64,000 bases of DNA from Protoeuglena noctilucae (taxonomy: Eukaryota). Positions within the stretch are counted from its first letter, which is position 1. Every line of letters begins with the position of its first letter. The translations under genes were made by a program, and so were the position numbers. Below, piece after piece: positions 24,001-36,282 of this stretch. The notes under the pieces are model-generated. The model had not been told where the DNA came from, searched no databases, and saw nothing but the letters and a program-made list of their open reading frames with translations. The stretch is from the NCBI GenBank assembly GCA_958009085.1, contig OY253672.1, positions 372,001 through 436,000 on the forward strand. The letters are read 5' to 3'.

Positions 24001-27000
24001 AGCGACGGCCGTCCATGCACGTGCCAATTGTAGCCATCATTGCCAACATGACGCACCGTCAGACCGAGCAGCACAAGTCACCTGGTGGCAGACGAAAGTC
24101 CAGGAAGGCACCAGGCACAGGTTGACTCCGAGCACGCCAGCAGCCCCGACGTCCGCCCTTTGGATGGCTGCCCACCCACACGCGGCCGCCACCAAAGACG
24201 ATGAGCAAGCGGTGTCGATGGTCATGGCGGGGCCGCGGAGGTTGAATGCGTACGCGATGCGGCCGGACGCCACGCTCAGGTGGGCCCCTGTGGCGTAGTA
24301 AGGCGACGCGGCGTGCATGCGAGCCTCGCAAGTCATGCGGGCGTACTCGAGCTGAGAGGTGCCCACATAGACCCCCGCTGGGCCCGGCCGTCCCTGCACC
24401 GCCGCCCATGCCTCGGCAAAGGCGATCAGGGCGAGGCGCTGCTGGGGGTCCATGAGGGTGGCCTCGACGGGGGAAATGCCAAACGCAGCGGCGTCAAAAG
24501 CATCTGCAGCAGACACGTAGCCCCTGCGAGCGGATTGGAGAGGGACAAGGATGGCTTGGCTGTGTATGTGTATGGACAAAGTGTCAGGGCAGAGATCACA
24601 AGCGGCGCTGTCGACCGAGACCATCTTTACCGAATACAGCCCATAAGTAGCCCGTTCCAGCATCCCTCATACTGCTAGCAATCACAGCCTCACCCGAACC
24701 GGACCATGTCGTGATCGTCAGGGTCCCATCGCTCAAAGGGCGTCTTGCTAATTGCGTCTTCGTGCGCGTTGACGTCCGCCGCAGTGGCACCGCCAGGCAA
24801 GAGGGCAGACAGGGCGCGCAGGGCCACCACACGCGCATGTGACGACGGCACAGCCCCGACCGAGAGCCCCGCAGTGAGCTGAGGCAGCGTGGCTGGCACA
24901 GCGGCGGTGGCGGTGGTATTAGCGGCTACGCCATCTGTGCCCGGCAGGGCCAGCCCCTGTGCCTGCGCCTCTCGGATGACCAGGGCGGCGATGTAGTTGA
25001 TGGTGGGGCAGTCGAAGATGAGCGTCGGGGGCAGCGACAGGCCCAGGGCGTCCTCCAGTCGGTCCACGAGCACTGCAATGAGGGGGTGTCGGTGGGCATT
25101 GATCAAAATTGACCAACCCACTGTTTAAGCGACATAACCAGTAACCAACAAACCCCATGAAAGCTCCGAACCATTCGCAGTGCTCTCGCACTCACTGGTG
25201 GCGGAGGATGAGTCCACGCCTGCCTCCATCAGCGGCCGATCGTCAGAAACGGCCTCTCCGTACAACGCCTCCGAAACCACCTGGCCCACCAGGGCCCTGA
25301 CACGAGCCACAGTGCCCCTGTCGCTGACACTTGGCGCGGGCGACACGGTGCCCGTCCCCGTCACAGCCCCCGCCGTCTGCGTTGCGCCGTGGGCGGCTGA
25401 ATCGTCGCCGGTCAGCGTGGCGGCATACGCAGCGATCGCGTCGAGGGTGGGGTGGTCAAAGGCCAGCGTGGCGGGTAGCTCCACGCCCAGCGATTCGGAC
25501 AGACGCTCGGCGAACTGCACAGACAGCGATGAGTCGATGCCGGCGTCCATCAGAGAGGCATTGGGGTTGATCTGCGACCCCACCAGCTCCTTGGCTACCT
25601 CCGCCGCCACCCGGAGCACCCTCGCCCGGGCGCCGTTGCTAGCGGCACCCGACTTGGTGTGGGTGACGCTCGGCACCCCAGCCTGCGCCTGGGCAACTGC
25701 CACCGGCTGTGACGGGGTGTTGACAGAGCTGGTGTCACAGATGACGTAGGCGACGGGGGGCAGGGAGGCGAGGGCCTCGGTGAGCAGGTATGCCACTGCA
25801 CCCTCGGACAGGTCCGCGCTTGCGTGGATTGCCACGACAGACCCGGGCACATCGATGGCCGACAGCGAGATGAGCGACGGGTCGCGGGGATCGGTGCTGG
25901 CGGGAAGCAGCACAAGGAGCGCCGGGCTGGCGAGGCCGTCGTGGGCGTCGCGCGTAGCAGCGGCGGCCGCTGCCAGCCTGGTGGCTGAGTCGGGGCCGGT
26001 GCTGACGACCACGTGGGTCATACCCGGCAGGAAGCACGGCACACGGGTCGCAGAGACATGGAACATCCCCGCGCCTACCACAGACGCCACCTGATCCGCC
26101 AAACGACTGGCCTGGGGGTATGGGAATGAGAAACCGTGTTTGTGTCTCGTGCAGCCGTGTGTGGGAACGAGAGGTGATTACCTAGCATGTATCGCAACTG
26201 TTGATAGCAGCCATGATCTGCTTGCATGGAAAGCGGAAATCCCCCTCACCCAGTCGGACGGTGTGTCGCTTGACCCCGCTGCCTCCCTGCGCAAGTGACG
26301 CCGCGTCCGCTCCTCCGACAGCACCGCCTGCAGCGTGACCTTGACCTCTGCCTTCTTGACCTTACCAGAACCGGTCTTCGGCAGGCTCCGCGCGAAATGG
26401 ACGCCGGCGGGGACCTTGTAGGGCGCCAGCTGGGCCCGGCAGTGGCGAAGGAGGTCCATCGGCCCAGGGGCTTCGGGGCTCAGGCGCATCTCTGGGCGCA
26501 GCACCACCACGGCGCGGACCTGGGAGAAATGTCGATGAATGATGCGGATGTCATGTCTAAGCGGTGCAGGCGCAAAGCGGCCACAAGGGTGCGACTGCCG
26601 GGCAGCACCGCAAGTGTGCCCCGCCCGGCGCTCGTCAGTTTGGCTATCCCCACAACGCTCACACCCACACCCTGCCCTGCGCTCGCCTGTTCGCCCATGA
26701 GAGACTCCGGCACTCCGACGACGGCTGCCTCCAGGACAGCAGGGTGCGCCTGCAGCACGCGTTCCACCTCCGAGCTGTACACGTTCTCTCCCCCGACCAG
26801 CACCATGTCCTTGGCTCTGTCCACGACATGCAGATAGCCCTCTGGGGTGACGCGGGCCAGGTCACCGGTGCGGAAGAAGCCGTCTGGGGTGAAGCACGAT
26901 GCGTTGACCTCGGGGGAGGCGCCCGCGTAGCCACTGAAGACTGCGATGGGGGTGGTTGGGTTGGGAGTTGGCTCAGGCAGTGGCTAAGGTGTCGAGGTGA

Positions 27001-29071
27001 GGTAGGCGGCGATGTGAGGGACGTGCGGTGCATCGGAGCGGCAGCCGCCGCGACTCTCGTACATGTTTCTCGCCCCTGTGTTGGTGTTGCCACCCATGCC
27101 AGCACATGCACACCCGCGTCCCTCACCAGTCGGCCCCTTGATGACAATCTCGCCGACCGCGACCCCGTCCGGCACCACGTCTTGGTCCTGCTCGTCGATC
27201 ACGCGGATGTCCATGTCGGTGAACGGCCGCCCCGACGATGCCACGAGCGACAGGTCCCCAGCCCCAGGGGCGGGCGAGTCGACGTTCGCGGGGTCGTCCG
27301 GGTCGGTCAGAAGGGACATGGCGATCTTCCCGCACGCCTCAGTCATGCCGTAGCTGACGAAGACCTCGCAGCCGAACAGCGCAATGGCGGCGGCCACCAC
27401 CGCCGGGGACTGCATGGAGCCCCCGCAGGACACCAGGCGCAGGGAGGAGAGGTCGAATGCGATGGCCAAGGGGTGCATGACCATGAGGGTGAGCATCGTG
27501 GAGGCCACATTGGTGACCGTCACGCCCTCGCGCTCCATCAACGCCAGCGCGTCGGCCGCGGTGAAGGAGCGGAGGATGGCGTGGCGGCCGCCGTGGAACG
27601 TCACTGAGAGAAAGGAGCTAAGCATAAGATGACAGGATGCTGCCAGGCCCAGGCATGTGTGGTCGCAACGCATGGGTGCGTCGACCATCTCTCACAGGCC
27701 AGCGCCACAGGCAGCCAGACACAAATGCATCGCTCTCTCCCAACCCCTCGCCTGTGTAGACGGCAAAGACGTCCACGAGGTGGAACATGGGCGCGATGTG
27801 GCCCCACACGTCGCCCTCGTGGATGCGGTGTTCGAGCGACGCCGACAGCGCGTGCCGCACCACTATGCGGTGGCTCAGCATCACCGCCTTGGGCAGGCCC
27901 GTCGTGCCGCTCGTGAAGTACAGGTGGAAGCCGTCCTGCGGAGGTAACAGACAAGGGATGTGGACGCTGCATGGCAAAGCACGTGCGTGGCACAGCGGGC
28001 GCAAGGCTGCCAGCGGCCCAAGGGACCCGGGCGGGCAACGGTGCTTTGCCCATTCATAGCTAGCTACAAGTCGTGGCTGGGTTTCTGGCACGGGTTGTCA
28101 CCTCAGAGAGGGCGGCTGCCCCGGGGGACGTCAACCCCTCACGGGCGCGCAGGTCGGCCACCGCTTGGCAGAGCGCTTCCCGGTTCGGGTAATCCGCGCG
28201 AACGCTCTGAAGAAAGGAGGCGAACGCAAGCTGCTCAGCAGGGTGGCCGTGGGACGGGGGCGCGCTCGTGGGCACCGACGAGTTGCCACGGTCCTCCAGG
28301 TCAAGCCACAGGAAGAGGCGGACGTGCAGGTCCTGTACGGCTGCGACCGCAGACGAGAGCTGCGGGGGAGGGGGAGGGGCGGGAGCGCGCGACCGGTGGG
28401 CGCTTCGCGTGATACTTTGGCTGTTGGCTCAGCGCGTGCCCGCCACCCCCTCGCCTGGGCTTCGAAGCGGGTCTCGGCGATCAGGACAGCCGGATCGGAC
28501 ACGTTCATGACGTGAGCCAGCTCGGCCGGCTGCAGGTGCGTGTTGACGTTCACGACGCAGAGGTGCAGGGCCGCGCAGGCGAAGTGCGCCGCCATGACCT
28601 CCCACGCGTTGCGCATCATGACAACCACGCGATCGCCCCGATGCAGACCCTGCGGAGAAGGCGTGGCGAAGCTAGCATAGGAGGCGGGGTGGGGATTTGT
28701 CCGCGAAGGGAGTGCATCTTTCAGGGCAGCAGCATCGCACCTGCCGCGCCAGCGCCAGCGCCAGGGCGCACGAGGCCTCCTGGAACTCCCCATAGGTCTG
28801 GAGAACATCGCCATCCACGACCGCGAGCTTCGACGCCCGGCCGCGTGCCCCTGCCTCGAGCAGCTGCGCGGGCGGGGAAGGGAGCGCATGTTGGGTTCGA
28901 GGGAAGCTTCCATCGGCTCCGTGATGCCTCGAGCAATGCCGGATGGGAAGCGCCGCCCTGATTGATGAGCCATGATGGCGCCACACGGGCGAGAAACAAG
29001 CGCCAGAGCCCCACCTCCCAGACGTCGGCAGGGGACGCCGATTCCATTCCTAGTGATGCTATGCGAGACAT
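1..29071 (-). CDS. Giant multi-exon AT-less modular type I polyketide synthase (3' end beyond window)
   Basis: Phase-compatible splice junctions join ORF pieces from MSRIASLGMESASPADVWE (29071) through an adenylation domain, 5 KS (DTAC...H...GH), DH, 3 ER, 3 KR, 12 ACP (GxDS) and TE (GHSYG). About 15 introns; the last exon (1031 to <1) is open at the window edge. One +1 frameshift at ~10070. Confidence 0.93.
700..1720 (-). other. Thioesterase domain (split by intron 1223-1032)
   Basis: PLFLAAPG, QPQGPFLLGGHSYGG, VMDS, and after splicing VEVVDVPGDHFSLL, giving a complete Ser/Asp/His set. Confidence 0.88.
2050..5300 (-). other. PKS module 5: atypical KS-DH-ACP x2
   Basis: DTACAAS, HSNGV in place of HGTGT, GHGE; HVFMSGARVVP; ACPs GIDSRVG (~2810) and GLDSRAG (~2160). 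Confidence 0.8.
5440..7890 (-). other. PKS module 4: KS-(degenerate DH-sized region)-ACP, no KR/ER
   Basis: DTACSAS/HGTGT/GHGE; the following ~250 aa lack HxxxGxxxxP; GLDSLG ACP at ~5550. Confidence 0.75.
8010..13140 (-). other. PKS module 3: KS-DH-ER-KR-ACP x2 (frameshift inside ER)
   Basis: DTACSSS/HGTGT/GHGE; HCVSGEGIVP; GINFRDVL and QAAAGG[+1]VG; GGTGYLG, YAAAN; GLDSMG and GIDSLG. Confidence 0.88.
13240..19130 (-). other. PKS module 2: KS-DH-ER-KR-ACP x4
   Basis: DTACSSA/HGTGT/GHSE; HAVSGRALFP; GINFRDVL and HAATGGVG; GGTGYLG, YAAAN; four GLDSLG ACPs (~14385, 14035, 13665, 13350). Confidence 0.9.
19270..24830 (-). other. PKS module 1: KS-DH-ER-KR-ACP
   Basis: DTACSSS/HGTGT/GHTE; HVVLGRALLP; GLNFKDVL and HAAAGGVG; GGTGALG, HAAGVLED, YVAAN; GMDSL. 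Confidence 0.88.
24980..25630 (-). other. Two loading ACP domains
   Basis: LMDAGIDSSLSVQF...FDHPT and LMEAGVDSSSAT|MLVDRL...FDCPT (second split by an intron at ~25195-25073). Confidence 0.85.
26300..29071 (-). other. PKS loading domain: acyl-CoA ligase-type adenylation domain (8 exons)
   Basis: YFTSGTTGLPK, APMFH, SYGMTE, FFRTGDL, DRAKDMVLVGGENVYSSEVE and LPKTGSGK motifs after splicing. Confidence 0.9.
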
Positions 29072-29540
29072 CGAAGACGGGCACCGGGCTGTCGACCCCG
29101 GGGGACCCGGAAATCGGCGCGCCTAGGCCACGAGGCGATCCGAGGGGTCACGGGGCTTGCCAGGCTTCCCGGGCGACTTGCATCGAGCGGCGCTTTGAAG
29201 AATCTATATTAAGGGCTATTCGCGATGGACGAGCGGCGAGAGGACGAGGCGCTGGGCCATTCCCTCGAGTTTTTCGACACGAGCAAAAACCGACACGAAT
29301 GCAACGCAGGGAGTACCAATGTATACAAACGATGCGATGGGGCGCCAAGGCTGGTCGCCTCGTTTCAGGGCCCGGCCGGCTGTCAAACTCGGTTTGCCCG
29401 CGCTCCCCAAAAAAACCTCCAAACCCTCGCCTGCCACCCCCGATCGACGAAGTGTCGCGAGCACGACCAACCTTGACGCCCCGAGGGTCAGGACCAAAAC
29501 CCGGTCGTTTGGCTGATCGGGAAGGAAGAAGGGGCCCAAG

Positions 29541-30903
29541 ATGATGAAAGACCGCTTTCAGAACCTGATGAATAGGTTCAAGACCATGGTGGGGGGAAAG
29601 CCGCGGGGGTACGCCCAGCTGGACGCGCTGGACCAGCCCCTGAACGCGGGATATGACTACGGTGAGCCTGGGGGGGCGAGCGAGGGTCACGGGGTGGCGG
29701 ATGTGCGAGGACGCGGGGCTGCGGGGGCAGAGCGGGAGCCGGGGGCCGGGGGGACGGGCTGTTAGGGTTTGGTCAGCGCGGCTCCCTTGCGCGCGCAGGG
29801 AGCGCGAACTACGACCAGGCGCCGCAGGACAGGTATCGGTTGGACGACGAGGGCAACGGGTACTCGGGCGCGAGGGCGGGGCAGCTCTACTCGGGCCCGG
29901 GGCTGTACGGTTCCGACTCGGCCGCTCCGTACAGCGGGGCCCACGCGCAGGTGAATGGCGCCCCGGCTCTGCTCGCCACCTCGGGAGCCACTCGTGTCGT
30001 GCGCCGCTCGAGATGCGCGCCGAGGTCTTGTGCGCTCCCCGCGAGACGCGGGGGCCTGTCAACTCGCGTGACGTGCGGGCGGCGCCATCCGCGCGACGCG
30101 CCTCGCCCGCCGGCACCTGCGGCCGCGGAACGCCCAGACCCACAGATCTGCCCCTCGACCGCCCGCGTGTGAACTCCCGAGACCGCGGGGGACGCGGCGC
30201 GCCGGGATCTATCGCTTCTGTGTGGCCGTGGCGGGTAGCCCCGCCCCGCGGCGCGAGCGCCTCGCTGCCCCCGGCCGCCGCAGGAATGGCGTCCATCTGG
30301 CGCCGCGCCCACCTCGGGACCCGCGTTCGGCGGCGGGGCCGCCGGCCCCGGCGGTGGCTTCCACTTCGACGCCCCGCAACAGGAGGCGGTCCCGTCGAGC
30401 AAGCTCCCGACGCAGACGGAGGACCTTGGGGAGATGGCCCGGCTGGCCAAGGACGCCGCGGAGTTTCTGTGGGAGATCATCGCGCTGGCCAACGGCAGCC
30501 TGGCCAACCTCGACGACGAGATGCGCGGCTCGGCCTTTGAGCTCCTCTCCCAGGTCAACAGCCTCGAGCGCCAGATCCGCGGGCTGGTGTCGGACTTCTC
30601 CGAAAGCGGGACGCTCGCCGAGCACACCCTCATGGAGGGCCTCTCCTCGCTCGAGTTGCTACAGGTGACCCCTGTCGCGACGCGACCCCGACCAGATGCG
30701 GTGGGGGCGATTACCCACTGGCTGCCAACACCCGCGGCCCTCCCGTCGCGTGTGCAGAACGTCCAAGGGGAGTTCGACCGGCTCCCCAAGTCCGGCCAGG
30801 GGCAGCCCCAGGCTAAGGGGCCTGCTGGCCAGGCACAGGCGCCCGGCTCGCAGCCCAAGGAAGCAGCGACTGGCACGGACCTGCTGGACCTTGGCGGTGC
30901 CGA

Positions 30904-30953
<50 letters not shown>

Positions 30954-31506
30954 GGTACGCACAGCAGGGGTATGCGCAGCAGGGGTATGCGCAGGGATAC
31001 GCACAGCAGGGGCAGGGGTACGCGCAGGCGGGGTACGGTGGGCAGGGCTACCCGGGGGCACACGGCCAGCCTCAGCAGTACCAGGGGCAGGGAGGGTACC
31101 CCCAAGTGGGCTACGCACAGCAGCAGGTGACAAGTGCACGGTCAGGGTTGGGCCTGCAGCTTTGATCGATGCGTTTCCACCCAGCCGGCCGTGCAACGCT
31201 CCCCTTGCCTCTGGCGCGCAGGGTAACCCATACAACGCGCCGTCTTACCCAGGCGGGTACGGCTCGCCGTCGCAGTACCCTGCGTACCCACAGCAGTCGA
31301 CGCCACAGCAGAGCCCTCTCATGCCCCAGGCCGGGCGCAACCAGGTGTCGCCCGCGCAGCTGTCGCCGGGGCAGATGGACCCGGCCACGTTCGGGTCGCC
31401 GGCGCAGTACGGGGGTCGCGCGGATGGCGGCCTGCCCGTCTCGATGCAGCCCAGCGTGGAGCAGCAGCAGGGGGCGCGCAGCGGGGGGGACCTCTTGGAC
31501 CTCTGA
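29541..31506 (+). CDS. GAT-like domain protein with Q/GYAQQ-rich region and two DLLDL motifs (putative membrane-trafficking adaptor), 5 exons
   Basis: Exons ~29541-29661, 29799-29950, 30284-30664, 30758-31126, 31222-31506 are phase compatible. Helical segment MARLAKDAAEFLWEII...LELLQNVQGEFDRL resembles GAT; the protein ends DLLDL*. Confidence 0.6.
30908..30952 (+). repeat. (CAG)15 microsatellite encoding polyQ
   Basis: Perfect CAG run in exon 4, followed by GYAQQ repeats. Confidence 0.95.
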
Positions 31507-31795
31507 AGCCGCAACCATGCCGTCTCGCCACCCCGCGCATGCCTAGCACGTCCGCTCGCACCTGCCCACTCACCGCTTGAGTTGGGGTGCTTGGGGCCCC
31601 GTCTTAGCTAGTGCCACGTGCATCACGCCGTCGTGCCATCTTTTCGTGCCGCTGGCGCCCAGCGGGCGAGGTTCGTTGTGATTAAAGCTCCGTTTCAATG
31701 CAACGCTCGGGGCAAACCCGGTCGCTACCCCCGAAGTGACCCGTGACCCCATCACTCGAGCCTGCCGGGTTACTCCGAGTTGACTAGGCGTCCGC

Positions 31796-34681
31796 TCAGT
31801 ACACGCGAGCCTTGGGCGGGATGTGCTCCATCTCGCTGTCGAGCGGCTGCAGGTGGACCGGGCGGTAGTCGACACGGAGTCCGCGCCTCGACTTGCCGGA
31901 GTTGTCCATGTACGCCAGCGTGTGCTTCATCCACTCCTTGTCGTTGCGCTCGGGGAAGTCCTCGTGGGCGTGCGCACCCCGCGACTCCTTGCGACGCTCG
32001 GCGCTGCGGGGGCAGTTAGTGACGAGCGTCGGTGCGCATAGTTACTGACCCAGATGAGTAAACTCGACTAGCCACTGGCCATGCTTTGCTGTCGCACTCC
32101 ACGCCCACCCATGCACCACCCTCGCCCGACTCAACATGCACCCGGCCTGGCACCCTCACACGCCACGTGCCCCCGCATGCGCCCCCGCGCTCGCCTGTGC
32201 ATGGTGAGCTGGGCGTTGATGAGGAGGTTCTCGAGCTCGAGCGTCTCGATCAGATCCGTGTTCCACACGAGCGAGTCGTCGGCGACGCGGACGTCCGCGA
32301 AGGCGTCAAAGACATGGTCGATCTTCTCGCACCCCTCGCGGAGGAGCTCGGAGGTACGGAACACGGCGGCGTTGTTCTGCATCGTCTTCTGCATCCGCAG
32401 CCGCAGCTGCGCCGTGGGCACGGAGCCCTTCTGCGCGTGGCGGAGGGCGTCCAGCCGCGCCATGGTCGCCTCCCCGGCGCTCGGCGGCAGGGGCGGCTGC
32501 GATGCGCCGGGCTTCAGGACCTGGGTGCGGGAAAGAGCGAGCGAGTGATTGCGTCGCCGGGCACTCGCAACAGCGCGAAGTCGCTGCGAGGCACTGGGAG
32601 CGACACCCTGAGCAGTAGGCCCAGTCCAGGTCGCGGCGTCACCTGGGCGGTGCGGTTGGCGCACGCGCGGCCGAAGACGACGATGTCGAGGAGGGAGTTG
32701 GCGCCGAGGCGGTTGGCGCCGTGGACGGACGCGCAGGCTGCCTCGCCCGCCGCCATGAGGCCCGGCACCGTTGCATCCGGGTCTCCGTTGCGAGGCGCCA
32801 CGACCTCCCCATAGTGGTTGGTAGGCACGCCTCCCATGTTGTAGTGCACCGTGGGCAGGACCGGGATCGGCTCCTTCGTCACGTCCACCCCGGCGAAGAT
32901 GGCCGCAGTCTCGGAAATGCCCGGCAGGCGCTGCGTGAACGGATGGGGGGTCCATTCGCATCTCCTTGCAACGATGCGCCCAACGCCAGATCCATGGAAT
33001 GTGCGCTAACTAAGTGCCACTACCCTCCTGATACCGCTGCCGCCCTGCGTCACACCGCCAAACCTCTTGCTCCCAAGCCCTGCCCAGCCTCACCTCAGCC
33101 AGGAGCTCCGGCGGGAGGTGGTTGAGGTGGAGGTAGATGTGGTCCTTCTCGGGACCCACGCCTCGGCCCTCCCTGATCTCCATCGTCATCGAACGGGACA
33201 CCACATCGCGAGAGGCGAGGTCCTTGGCCGTCGGTGCGTAGCGCTCCATGAACCTCTCGCCCTCCGAGTTGCGCAGGATGCCGCCCTCGCCGCGCGCGCC
33301 CTCCGTGATCAGGCAACCGGCGCCGTAGATGCCCTGCAGGACGGGGCAGCAGGGGTTGGCGTGCGCTGACCCGACGCAAGCGCGCGTGACGACAGACGGA
33401 CCCAAGGGCGCCATCCACACGCCATCTCGTGGCAGGATGTAATATGGCGCACGCAGACTTACCGTGGGGTGGAACTGCACGAATTCCAGGTCTTGCAGGG
33501 GCAGCCCAGCGCGCGCCACCATGCCGTTCCCGTCCCCGGTGCATGTGTGGGCCGAGGTGGCGCTGAACCAGGCGCGGCCGTAGCCGCCCGTGGCCAGAAC
33601 CGTCTGGTTGGCGCGGAAGCGGTGCAGGGTGCCGTCCTCCATGCACATGGCTGCTCAGGCGAGGGGCGGGTGTGTGTCATGCGAGCGCACTCGTGCATAA
33701 CAACAGGCAGTGCACCCCCGAGCCAGCATCCCGCGCACAGACCACGCTTGACTGACAACCCAATCATGCCTTGCTTCCCGCTGCACTAGCCACCGATGCT
33801 CACCGATGACCCCCCGGCACGCCCCTGCCTCGTCCATGAGGAGGTCGAGGGCAAAGTACTCCACAAAGAACTGCGTGTTGTGCTTCATGGCGGCGCCGTA
33901 GAGCGTGTGGAGCATGGCGTGGCCGGTGCGGTCGGCCGCGGCGCAGCAGCGGTAGGCCTGGCCGCCCTTGCCGAAGTCCAGGCTCTGCCCGCCAAACGCG
34001 CGCTGGTAGATCTTGCCGTCCTTGGTGCGCGAGAAGGGCATGCCGTAGTTCTCCAGCTCGATCACGGCCTTGGGCGCCTCCCGACACATGTACTGGATGG
34101 CGTCCTGGTCGCCCAGCCAGTCGGAGCCCTTGACGGTGTCGTACGCATGCCACCGCCAGTCGTCCTCGGTCATGTTCGCGAGCGCCGCGTTGATGCCGCC
34201 CTGGGCGGCCACCGTGTGCGAGCGCGTCGGGAAGAGCTTCGTGATCACGCTGCGAAGGTCGGGGGACGAATCGCGGGTCGCGCGGGGGCGACGTGCCAAG
34301 AGGTCCCAACCGGCGAGGCCTTGACGCGGCCCGCCCGGCCGGGCGCGAGGCATCCGGAACCCAGGACTCGGCAGAGAGATAGGCAAGTGCAGCGACGATC
34401 GCAAGGACCCATCGCCGGCCAGCGAACGCGCGCGAGCTCGAGGAACTGCCCCGCACTCACGCAGTGTTGAACCCGTGTTCCGAGAGCCCGATTGCCGCCC
34501 GCAACCCCGCCCCGCCCGCGCCGACGACGATGGCATCGTACGTGTGGTCGATGATGGTGTATCCACCCATGGCGGAGGACGCGAACCGCGCGACGGGACG
34601 CGTTTCGCGCACCGTCGACGTCCCCCCCGAGACCAGCCCCCACGTGCCCCGCAGGGCGCGCAAGGCCTTGCTGCGCAGCAT
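31796..34681 (-). CDS. SDH1: Mitochondrial succinate dehydrogenase flavoprotein subunit, 7 exons
   Basis: [52 protein letters not shown] and C-terminal ARVY*; Arg-rich presequence. Confidence 0.97.
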
Positions 34682-35187
34682 GATCTCGTCCGGCCCCTAC
34701 CCTCTACGCTGCCTCAGCTAAGACGCCTTGAATAAAAAGTCGTGGAGAGGCGCGCAGAGTCTGCAGGTCGTCGCGCCTCCCACGGTGCCAGGCAGTGAAA
34801 ATGACGCGCTCGCTGGTATGCAGGAGCTGGCCGGGGATGCGGGCGTGAAGATCGAGCTTCGCTTGCGCCAGTCTGTCTGGTGTCAATCGTGGCGGTCCCA
34901 GTGACGAGCTGCGGGTCCACTTATTCGCTAGTGAGATGTGTGCGGGGCCCGCTGGCCAGGGGATTGGGGACCACGGGCACGCCAGATGGCCCATGCGTAG
35001 GCGACAGCAGCAAGGTCCGGTCGGTTCAACATTGAGCACACACGAGGCCGGCCTGCTCACGCTATCCAAGGCGCAACTGCCATCCGAATCGATGCCAGCG
35101 CCAGCAATGTCACAGGGGACCGACATCCACCCACACCCTCAGCCACAAGCCCATCACCCGCCCCTCCCGGGGTACCGTAGCCCCCCA

Positions 35188-36282
35188 TCACTCCTTCTTG
35201 TCAATGACCTCCCCCGTCTTGCGCAGGAAGCGCACCTTGTCCCCGTTCTCCAGCACCTTGATGCCCACCCGGGACCGAACGCCCTGCTCCTTCGAGTAGT
35301 GCATCACGTTCGACGCGTGGATGGGGCCCTCCTGCACCCAACGACGCGAGAGGGTATGAGAGCAGGACGACATGGGCCATGGACGGGAAACTACCGCCCC
35401 GCCGAGCACTGCCCGCCATGCCACGCCCTGGCACGCGGGTGCCCACCTGAAGACGCCACGTGTGCACCCGGCACCCCCGGCCGCCCGGACAGCTCGCAAC
35501 GCAAGTAGCGCGCAGTGGCGGTGGCAATCACCTGCTTGTCAATGGTGCCCGTCTCCCCCTGCGCCATGGGCTTCTTGTGCCGGGTCACGATGTTGACGTC
35601 CTTCACGATGACCTTGTTGGTCTTGGCGTACACGCGCACGACCTCGCCCACCTTGCCCTTGTCCGACCCCGCGATGACCTGCGGGCGCGCGGGGCGCGGT
35701 GCTGAGCCCTGGGGCCACGGGGCAGCGGGCGGCCGCGCCGTCGCACGTCGCGTCCCCCCGCGCGGGGCGGCGCCTTGCCTGGACCGTGTCCCCCGTCTTG
35801 ACATGCATCTTGGTCTTGATGACCTTCCCCTTGCTGTTGGTCGGCAGCTGCTCCCACCGCTTGCCCGGGCCGATGGCGCCGGCGGTCACCACCAGTCGCG
35901 CAGGCGCAACCTGCGGCGCAGGGGGAGCGGCCCGCGTGAAGCGACGCCAGGCGCTCCAACACAATCCCGTGCGCCGTCTCGCTGTGTCCGCGCAGCCAGG
36001 AAACGGCCGGGACCGGCGGGGAAACACGATAAACCGTGGTCAGGGGCCACTCGGGGCCTCCCGCGCCTCTCCGCGGGGTCGACACGGGCTCCCGGGGCTC
36101 AAGGGTTGCAATCCAGCAATTATCTCCCAGCAGGCGGGCCCGACAGCGCGACGGGCGTCCCCCCGTCGCGTTACCGCAGGCCGTCGCAGCCCCGCCCCGC
36201 AGGAGCGACAACTCACCCTCCCCGCCACCGTCGCGGTCGCGACGGAGGCGCCCGCGAAAGAAGACGCGCGGGAGCCGAGCAT
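35188..36282 (-). CDS. RPL24: Plastid 50S ribosomal protein L24, 4 exons
   Basis: Ser/Ala-rich transit peptide [11 protein letters not shown]..., then [21 protein letters not shown] (KOW), [23 protein letters not shown]. Confidence 0.93.

Noticed and set aside
29951..30320. Weak similarity between the start of intron 2 and the start of exon 3 of the GAT-like gene
   Set aside because: Only two short matches (GAATGGCG, CCACCTCGGGA); too weak to claim intron gain by duplication
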